From contig OZ251224.1 of the NCBI GenBank assembly GCA_965240325.2, positions 2,852,001 through 2,916,000 on the forward strand: a DNA stretch of 64,000 nt, given 5' to 3'. The position numbers were made by a program, and so were the translations under genes. The notes under the pieces are model-generated. The model made no database searches. It worked only from the letters and a program-made list of their open reading frames with translations, and had not been told where the DNA came from. Shown here piece by piece: positions 55,803 through 64,000 of the stretch (positions within the stretch are counted from its first letter, which is position 1; every line of letters begins with the position of its first letter). This DNA is from Rebecca billardiae RCC1528. Taxonomy: Eukaryota; Protista; Haptophyta.

Positions 55803-57524
55803 ATGTCGACGCCCGCCGCCGCCGAGACGCCCGCCCCGCCGTCGGGTCCGCGGCGGCTGACGGACCTGCCCCCAGAAATCGTCGAGCGCGTTGTGAGCGA
55901 GCTCCCAGCGCTTGACGTTGGCGCCGCCAACGCCACGGCGCGCTTCTTCCGCGGCGTGCCCGGTGGCCGCTCGCCAGCCGAGCACGCGCTACGCGCGCGC
56001 GTGCGCGCGCGCGGACATGAGCGCGCGCTGCCAACCGTGCTGCCCGCGGGCGCGTGCACGTGGACGGAGGAGCTGCTCGCGCGCGAGTGCATCTTCGAGC
56101 TCGCCCACGCGCACAGCCACCTCGTCGCCGCGAGCACCGCAAACAATGGCAGGCTCTACTTCAGCGCGTTTGTGGACGCAGAGGGCGCGCTGCACACGTG
56201 CGGCGAACAGGCGTTGGACGATGATGAGGACGAGGACGAGGACGAGCTCGAGTATCGCCAGTGCGCGGCGCTTGGTCTTTCGGAGCAGCTCGACGCGCCA
56301 CCCGTGGCGATGCCGACGCGCGTGGGCTCGCTCTCCGCGGTGCGCGTACGCTCGGTGGCCGCGGGCGTCGCGCACCTGCTCGCGCTGAGCGACGCCGGCG
56401 CCGTGTACGCATGCGGCGGCAACTCGTTTGGCCAGCTAGGTCATGGTCTTCACCACGCGAGCCGCACGTTCGCTTGCGTGCAGGCGCTGGCGCCCGAGGT
56501 CCTCGTCTGCGTCGCCGCCGGCGGCGACCGCAGCGCCGCGCTCAGCGCGGCCGGGTGTGCGTTCACCTGGGGCGGCGTCGTGCCGGCCCCTGCCGGCGGT
56601 CAGCACCACCGTCCCTCCGACGAGCTTTGGGAGCCGGTGCGCGTCCAGGCGCCGGACGGCGTGCGCTTTGGCGGCGTGGGCACGTCTCAGCTGCACACGC
56701 TGCTGCTCTCCATCGCCGGGGACGTCTACCTGTGCAGCTCAGACGGAGCGGCAGACCCCGAGCAGCGCCGTCACAGCGCGAGCGTGGCGAGACGCGTCGA
56801 CATGCCACCCAGCGTGCGCGCCGTGCACGTGAGCGTGGGGCATGCTGGCGGCCTGGTGGTCGGCGCCGAGGGCGGCGTGTACTCGCTTGGGCCGAGGCAC
56901 GGAAGGTACGGGGGCCGCCCCGGCGACTTGTCCCTCTTGCGCAGCAATGTGCTCACTGGCGTGCACGCCGTGCGCGCCTGCTCCTCGGAATCCGACGGCA
57001 GCGCGGTGCTGGGCGCGGACGGCAGCGTGCACACGTTCGGGCCCAACCACGACGGGCGTCTCGGGCTGGGCCGTGCTTCGGGGGTTGTGGCGCAGCCGAT
57101 GCGCGTGTCTGCCCTCGACAGCTCGCGTGTGGTCGACTGCGCGCTCGGCGGCACCCACTCGCTCTTTCTGACGGCGGACGGTATCGCACACTCGTGCGGG
57201 CAGCAGACGGCCGCGCTTGGCCACGGCGCGTGTGCGCGGGACCAGCGCTGGTTGATGCGCACGCCCGCGATGATCGAGCAGCTGCGCTGCGGCCCGATCC
57301 CGCAGGCGTGGGCCGCCGGAGCACCACTCGCCTTGCGCACGAACCGCACCGCAGCCATCCCCCGCCATGTGCCGGGCCTCTCACCGACTGCGCTGCCGCA
57401 GCGCGCGATGTACCGCCCAACGGGGGCAAGGCCACTGAGCCCGCCGGCGACGAACAACCCGCAATCGTCGTCGCGCATCGGAGGACTTCGCACAGCGTTG
57501 TCCAAGCAGATGCTCATCGATTGA
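55803..57524 (+). CDS. F-box-like + RCC1-repeat protein
   Basis: F-box-like LTDLPPEIVERVVSEL. RCC1 repeats VAAGVAHLLALSDAGAVYACGGNSFGQLGHG, VHTFGPNHDGRLGLG and ALGGTHSLFLTADG. Confidence 0.85.
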   Translation: MSTPAAAETPAPPSGPRRLTDLPPEIVERVVSELPALDVGAANATARFFRGVPGGRSPAEHALRARVRARGHERALPTVLPAGACTWTEELLARECIFELAHAHSHLVAASTANNGRLYFSAFVDAEGALHTCGEQALDDDEDEDEDELEYRQCAALGLSEQLDAPPVAMPTRVGSLSAVRVRSVAAGVAHLLALSDAGAVYACGGNSFGQLGHGLHHASRTFACVQALAPEVLVCVAAGGDRSAALSAAGCAFTWGGVVPAPAGGQHHRPSDELWEPVRVQAPDGVRFGGVGTSQLHTLLLSIAGDVYLCSSDGAADPEQRRHSASVARRVDMPPSVRAVHVSVGHAGGLVVGAEGGVYSLGPRHGRYGGRPGDLSLLRSNVLTGVHAVRACSSESDGSAVLGADGSVHTFGPNHDGRLGLGRASGVVAQPMRVSALDSSRVVDCALGGTHSLFLTADGIAHSCGQQTAALGHGACARDQRWLMRTPAMIEQLRCGPIPQAWAAGAPLALRTNRTAAIPRHVPGLSPTALPQRAMYRPTGARPLSPPATNNPQSSSRIGGLRTALSKQMLID

Positions 57525-58259
57525 CTCTCCGTCGGGTGATGCGCGCGCGCGCGCGCAGCATAAGTATCACATCGCACTTCCGTGACTTCGCAGTAGCTAG
57601 TTAGTGCATCATTAGAATCAGATATACGGACCGCCAGCACCGATAGTTAGACGCCGCCGTGGCCACTGTTCAACTTAGCAGTGCCCGACGAAGTTTAGAG
57701 TCACGGGCGTCCGGCAGCCATCATATCATATATCATGATCATCATCGCGTCATCATGTCATCACTACTACTGCGTGCTATATACGACTACGTCTACTGAT
57801 GGGCGGCAGACTCGGATGGCTTCGCGATGATGATGAGCAGATCAATTACGCAACGTTACAACCGCCGCGCTGGATCCACCGCCTGCCTCGTCTAACTGAA
57901 ATTCGTAGTCCGTCCAGCGCGGTCCAGTTAATAAATATATAATAAACCGAAGCGCAGCCGACCCGCCTGACTCTGACTCACTCTGAGCGGGCACTGCATG
58001 ACTGGCCCGTGTGCCACCGCAGACCCGCGGGGGCGGGGCGTCGGGCAGGCGGCGTCGGAGTGCTCATCATTCGTCATCAACTCGTGCGCGTGCCAGGTCT
58101 AAGACTGTTACCGCACCGACGAGCGGCACATCCGCGCGAGATGGTGCATACTCCGTGCTATTCCGACGATGCCGGCAGAGGCAGCGGCGTGTGCCAACTT
58201 TGGGCCGGCCTCGACGATGACCGCCGCCAGGCCCAGCTGCTGGCAGTTGTCGTTGATTG

Positions 58260-60170
58260 CTATCGCGCCGGCTCTGCGGGCGGGCGTGCGCGCGCTGCCC
58301 CCAGACCCGCCTTTGCGCCGTGCCACTTGGCGTACACACGGATCGTGACGGACTGGCGCGCGACGAAGCCGTCGCGCTTGGTCTGCACGCCGTGCAGCCA
58401 GCAGCACGAGCAGCGCTGGTGCGCCACCTTCCCCGCCGCGCAGTGCTCCGTGCGCCCCTGCGCCTCGCGCGTGAGGATATAGCCGGTGCCCGGCGGGAGC
58501 GGCACGTCCACGCAGTCGTGCGGCGCGCGCGCGCTGCCCCTGCGCATCATCAGCGTCCAGGGCTCGCCCTCCGGCCGCTCGAGGCCCTCGCCCTGCGCGG
58601 CGGGAGCGCGCGGGCCGCGCGTGAGCCTGCGCGTGCGCGTGCGCGCGAGCGCGCAGCGGGCGGCGCGCAGCGGGCAGCGCGCGCGGGGCGCGTCGGAGGC
58701 GAGTCGTCGCACCTGTCCCCAAGCCATCGACGCGATGCCCTCGCCCCAGCGGTCGCGCGAGTCGTAGTGCGGCGCGAGCTCCTCGTTCGGCCGCATCTGC
58801 GTGAACTGCATCATGTCCGCCGCGTGCTCCGCGTCATCCCAGGGCAGCCGCTGCCCAAACACCGAGCGCACGCGCGCCTGCAGCAGCGCGAGCAGCCGCG
58901 TGCGCGCGGCGCCAATCGGCCACATGGGCGACTGCGACGCGACCACCCCCTCGGGCATGCAGCCCACCGGGCCGAAGTCGATGCGCTGCAGCACCGAGTT
59001 GAGGTCCGCGCGCTCGGGCACCACCTGGCTCGTGCCGTAGATGTACTGCGCCCAGCACTTGTGCGCGTCGAAGAGCAGCCGCAGCGCGCGCACCTCGTCC
59101 GGCGCGAGCAGCCCGTGACAGACGTGCAGACCGCGCACGCCGCCCACGTCGGTCTGAGCGGGGAGCGGCGCGGCGGCCGGAGGGCGCGGGCCGCGCGGGC
59201 GCGCGGGCGCGAGCGCGGGTGAGCGCGCGCGCCGGACACCGCCACGCCACGCCTCGCCACGCGCGCGCAGCGCGGCTTGCTACTGCGCGCGGGCGCGCGC
59301 GCGGCGCTCGCACCGGCGCGCGGCGCGCGCGGTGCGGCGCACCAACACCTCCGCCCCGATGTGCGGGCCCCTCCACACGCGCTCAAAGTGCTTGAGCGCG
59401 GCCCAGAGCTGCGTCGTGTCCGCAGGGTCGCCCACGTGCCGCACGCGCCCCGAGCGCCGCTGCCCGCCGATCGCGAAGCCGAAATGCTGCGCGAGCGCGG
59501 CGGCGGGCAGCTCCGGCACGGCGGCCGCGGCGGGCTCTGCCGACGGCGCCGGCTCGGCCGCGGCCGCGGCGGCGCGCGGCGGCGCGGCGGCGGCCGGGGG
59601 CGGCGGCGGCGCGGAGGCCTCTCCGGGAGCCGCGTCGGCCGTTTCGCTCTCGCCCGGCGCCACGCGTGGCGCGGCCGCGGCTGCGGGCGCGCCGGCCCTG
59701 GCGGCGCTCGGCTCGTCCGCCGGCGTCGGCACGGCCGCGGGCGGCGCGTCGGCCGCGGCGCGCTCGCTCGGCGCGCCGGCTGCGCGGCGGTGCGGCGGCG
59801 CGCCGACGCCGGGCGGCGAGTCCGCGGACGGTGCGGACGTGGCCGCGGTGAGCCGGCACGCGTTGTCGCGCGCCTGCGAGCCACGCTCTGGGCGCGAGGG
59901 CGACGGCTTGCGCTTGCCGCTCCGGCTCTTGCCCTTGCGCGCGGGCGTGGGCGCCGGCGGCGCCGCGGCGGGCGCGCCGTGCGCGCCTGGGGAGGCGGAG
60001 GCGGCCGAGGCGACAGCCGCGGGCGGGGCGCTGGGGGGCGCGGGCGGATGCGCTCGTTGACGGGGCGGCGGCGGCGACGACGCGCGGTTCAGCGCGGCAC
60101 CGTTCGGCGCGCCGGCAGCGCGGCCATCGGGATCCTCGGCGCTACTGCTGCGCGCACGCGCCGACGCCAT
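58260..60170 (-). CDS. AlkB-like Fe(II)/2-oxoglutarate dioxygenase preceded by a low-complexity region; 5' end may extend to 61375
   Basis: GLHVCHGLLAPDE, LAPHYD (HxD), LPPGTGYILT, WLHGV and RQSVTIR motifs. Frame-preserving introns 59154-59342 and 58593-58712. Confidence 0.75.
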
Positions 60171-60745
60171 CCATCGTCCGCAGCGGCGCGCGGCAAGCGG
60201 CCGTGGCGGCGCGGCGAGCGCGGCGCGCGGTGGGCGGCCGGTTTGGGGCGGGGCGGAGGAAGCGGCCGGTCAGAGCGCAGTTGGGTGCGCGCTCGCGCAG
60301 CAGCGCAGCGCGAGGTCGCCCGCCCCGCGCGACGCCGCACTCCACGCCCGCATCAACGCCGGCGCGCGCTGGGCGCGAGGTGCGCGCGCCGCGCGCCGCG
60401 CGCCCGCACCGTGCGCGGGAGTGCGCTGCCGACACGGCAGGCGTCACATCGGCACGCTGCGCGCGCGCGCGGGCGAAGTGCGCGAGGGGCGAGCGTGAGC
60501 CGCGGCGCGCGCATGCGGTGCGCACGTGCAGCTCGAGCCGGGCAGGCGCGACGCCGCTCGGCCGCACAGGCGCGCGGGGCCCACGGCGCCGCCAGTGCGC
60601 GGCGGCGTCCGCCGCGCGCGCGCCGGCCGGGCCGACACCGGCGCAGAGGCCGGCGGAGGCGGCGGCGCGCGCGCACGATCGGCCCGAGACGAGCGGGCTC
60701 CTTTGTTGCGGACGAGCGGGCATATCGAGCACCACGCGCGCGTAC

Positions 60746-61375
60746 CGGCGGGCATCGCGGCGTGGCGGGCAGCGCGGTCCGACTGCCGATGACGACGTGC
60801 GGGGTGGGCAGCTGGAGCCACTGCGCCGGCGCGGACGAGGCGGGCGGCGGCGGGCGGCGGGGGCGATGCGGCGCGCGGCGCATCCGTGCGCGGGTGAGCT
60901 CGGCACCCAGAGCACGGCCGAGGGCGCTGCGCTGCCGTGGCGTGGGCATGCGCGGCGCTCGGCATCCGCGTGCGCGGGCGAGCCATCCACACGCCAGTGC
61001 ACGCCACCCACGGAGCCCAGCGCAGCCGCGCGCCGCGCCGCACCGCGTGCTCGCCATCGTCGTACACAACCTGCGCGCGCGCCGAGCGCGCGCGCGCGCG
61101 CGCGCGCGCGCAAGGCGTGATGAGGTGGTGGCGGCACGAGGAGCACGATCGGACGCGAGCAGCGCGTCACGAGTGCGAGCACGTACGAGGTACCACCCTT
61201 TGCGATCGTGCGCTTCCTTGGCGCCCTCGCTCTCGAGCACCGACTCGGGCGCGGTCGAGGTCCAATGCGCCACGGTGCCGCCGTACCACCGTTGGTCGCC
61301 AGGCCACCACACGCGGCAGCGCTTCTGCACCGCGTCGATCAGCGGTCGCTCCTTTCCGGCGCCCCGCGTGCTCAT
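60746..61375 (-). CDS. Exons encoding a Tudor-like domain (MSH6/PDS5 N-terminal type); downstream connection unresolved
   Basis: Exons 61375-61187, 61070-61044 and 60820-60746 splice to KRCRVWWPGDQRWYGGTV...WYL|VVYDDGEHA|WLQL. Confidence 0.62.
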
Positions 61376-61805
61376 CGGCCGGCTGGTTTTGGGTGGGGTG
61401 GGTGCGCGCCTCCGCGCGTGTGAGCCCCGCCTCCGCCCGCCCGCCCGGCGCCGCAGGCCGTGGTCGCGCCGAGGAGCGAAGAGCTTTCACTTTCACGACC
61501 GCGGGCTTGTCTTTGACGAGACGCAAACGAGCCGCCAGCAAAGAAGAGGCTTCGTTCGACCGGTACCACTACAGACGAATCAGGAGAGCTGCGCCCTCGT
61601 GCCTGTGTCTTTAAATCATAGAAGGAGAATTAGTCCGGTACCTGGCGAAGAGCTATTTAAGCCGCGGTTTTTCGCCGCCGCCGAGCTCTCCAGCAAAAGA
61701 GAGCCGCACGAGGCCGACCGGTGGCCGAGAGCTACTGCAGCCTCGGTGGTGAGCCGCCAGGCGCTCAACAACTTGGGCCGAGGGGCCGCCTCGAGCCCAG
61801 GCGCG

Positions 61806-63588
61806 ATGAGCAATGGCAACTTCGAGCCGTGGGAGGTGGACATCTGGAGGGCCTTCTACGAGGACAACAAGCTCGTCTTCAAGGGGCTCGCCGAGCCCGA
61901 CGAGTTCCTGCTGCTCGACGGCCCGTGCCCGCCCGGCACGGTGCCGGGCGTGTGCCCCGCGGGCATCATCACGTTCATCCTGATGCTGATCATGGTGCTG
62001 ATCATCTGCTGCGTGCCGCCGTGCTGCTGCTTCGCGATCTGGCGCGCGAGGCAGAAGCCCAAGCACAACGCCGACGAGACCATCCTCAAGATGCCCGCCG
62101 GGCTGCAGATGTGGGTCCTCGGTCCGATGCTGCACGAGCACCCGCAGATGAGGCGCGACCTGGAGAAGCAGGCGGAGCTCGAGCGCAAGCGCGCGGAGGA
62201 GGAGCGGCGCAAGGGCCACGCGAGCGGCGACCCGCGCCTCGCCAACGACCTGCGCCTCGACGGCCCGAGCCGCGGCGCCTCGGGGCGCTCGCGCTCGCAG
62301 CCGCAGCGCGCGCGCGCCGCGCCGTCGTCCAACTTTGTCGTGCAGAAGGACGCGTGGGTGGTGGCGCGCGCGGGGCGCGTGCCCGAGCCGGGCGGGGCGC
62401 GCGGCGCGGCGGGCGCGGGGCCGCGCGACATCGACGAGGACACCCTCCGCTTCTTCCTCACCGCCGCCACCTCCGCCAAGCTCGCCGCGCTCGACGACGG
62501 GCTCGGCGCGCTTGACGGCCGAGAGAGGCGCCGCTGCGCGTGCACGCCCGGCGCGGACGCGCTCGAGTGGGCGGTGGCGCTCGGCGCGATCGAGGAGTGG
62601 CTGCGCCGGCCGCCGCCGCCGCCGCCCGCCCCCGCCGGCGGCGCGCCCGCCTCCGACGAGCCCGCGCCGCACCGCCACGCGCAGTACGCGCGGCTCGAGG
62701 GCGAGCTCACGGCCGCGCGCGTGAAGGCGCTCCTGGCCGAGTACTTGGCTCAGGCGCGCGTGCGCCGCTTCCGCATGGCGACGGACGAGAAGGCGGTGGT
62801 GCGGCTGCGCGCGGAGCTGGGCGTGCGCGCGCTCGACCTGCGCAGCCCGCCGCCCGCCGACCAGCCGCGCCTCCTCGAGCTCCTCTGCCTCCCCGAGTTC
62901 TGCGGCGACGACGGCATGCGCGCGCTGCTCACGTGGCCAGACCAGTTTGGGCTGAGCAGGCCGACGGCGCGCGCGTTCGTCGCGGCCTTCTTCGGGCTGC
63001 TGTGGGGCGGGACGCACGCGTCGAAGCTCGAGCTCGTCGTGCACACCGGCCCGCGCGCCGAGGTCGCCGTCGTGCGCATGCTCGGCCCCATCCTCGCGCC
63101 CTCCGCCCTCGTCTCCGCGCCCGAGCTCGGCGCGCTCGGCTCGCACGCGGAGGAGCGTATCTCTGTGCTGGCGCTGCACCCGCTGCGCGCGCGCGTGTCA
63201 CGCGAGCGGCTGGCGCGCTTCTTCGTGGCGGAGCAGACGGTGCAGGCGCTGCCGCCGTCGGCGAGCGTGGACGAGCTGCGCGCCGTGCTCGAGGCGCGCG
63301 GCGCGGCCAACGCCGAGCGCGTCCTCGCCCTCACCGCGCCGGGCCTTCCAATCTTTGACGTGAAGCGGCACGCGGGCGTCAGCCTGGCGCCGATGCGGCC
63401 GCCGCGCGCGCACGCGCCTCCGCTGCCGCTGCCGACGGCGCAGCCCGCGAAGGCGGCCGAGTCCGCCGCCACGCCCAAGACCGAGCGGGCGGCGCCCACG
63501 GCGCCCACGCCGACGCGCACGCACTCTGCCACCAAGCCCACCCACCGCGAGCCGCCCTCCGCCGCCAAGGCCGCCGCCGAGACGAAGA

Positions 63589-63619
<31 letters not shown>

Positions 63620-64000
63620 CGCGGCCGCGGCCGCAGTCGCGGCCGCGGCCGCGGTGACGCCCGCCTCGTCGACGCCGCCGCGGCCCGTCGCGCCGGCGCC
63701 TTCGACGCCGCCGCCGGCCGCGTCGCCTGCCCCGCAGCTTAGCGCGATCAGCGCCGAGCGCTCCGTCGGCGGCGGGCCGCTCGCCGACTGGCGGCTGGGC
63801 GCGCGGCCGCACCTGATGCGAGCGCGCCGCGCGCCGCCCGGCCCGGCCAAGCCGCTCTCCGACCAGGATTCGTTTGTGCACCTCGCGCACGGCTGCGTGC
63901 CCGGCGGCGACCTGATCGAGATGTTGCTCGTGCTCTCGCTCGTCGACGAGGCGCGCTCGGGCACGGGCGTGCTCGCCGCCGGCGCGGCCGCCGACGACGC
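61806..64000 (+). CDS. Hypothetical single-pass membrane protein, 3' partial
   Basis: MSNGNFEPWEVDIWRAFYED..., then TM GIITFILMLIMVLII followed by CCVPPCCCF. The frame appears open to the window end. Confidence 0.7.

Noticed and set aside
55803-57524. RCC1 protein as the UV-B receptor UVR8
   Set aside because: It lacks the GWRHT tryptophan motifs and has an F-box-like N-terminus.

Overview
Eukaryotic, very GC-rich genomic DNA with short GT-AG introns. It is probably from an alga, and the style suggests a haptophyte, but that is inference. About 20 protein-coding genes are present, mostly as head-to-head pairs: a RING/SAP-like CaaX protein, symplekin, a PrmA-like methyltransferase, an AGC kinase-PAS-SnoaL-LOV-like-LOV protein, a TKL kinase, an IQ protein, COG2, EMC6, LpxC, RPL27, a cluster of SPPP-rich surface proteins, an LRR receptor-like protein with one repeat per exon, an RNI-like LRR protein, an F-box/RCC1 protein and a possible Tudor-AlkB protein. 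There are three kinds of mobile element: a 2.9 kb foldback with 897 bp arms, a decayed IS630/Tc1 element, and two copies of a hairpin/subterminal-repeat element. The best candidate for a new system is the spliced gene at 12688-17098 (-). Once its introns are removed it encodes an N-terminal AGC kinase and a complete C-terminal LOV domain (GRNCRFLQ...FWN...YLGVQ), i.e. a putative blue-light receptor kinase with the reverse domain order to phototropin. Second is the 33.6-53.1 kb surface-protein cluster, which includes two apparent pseudoenzymes and a shared unnamed domain. All gene models were read by eye; no searches were run.
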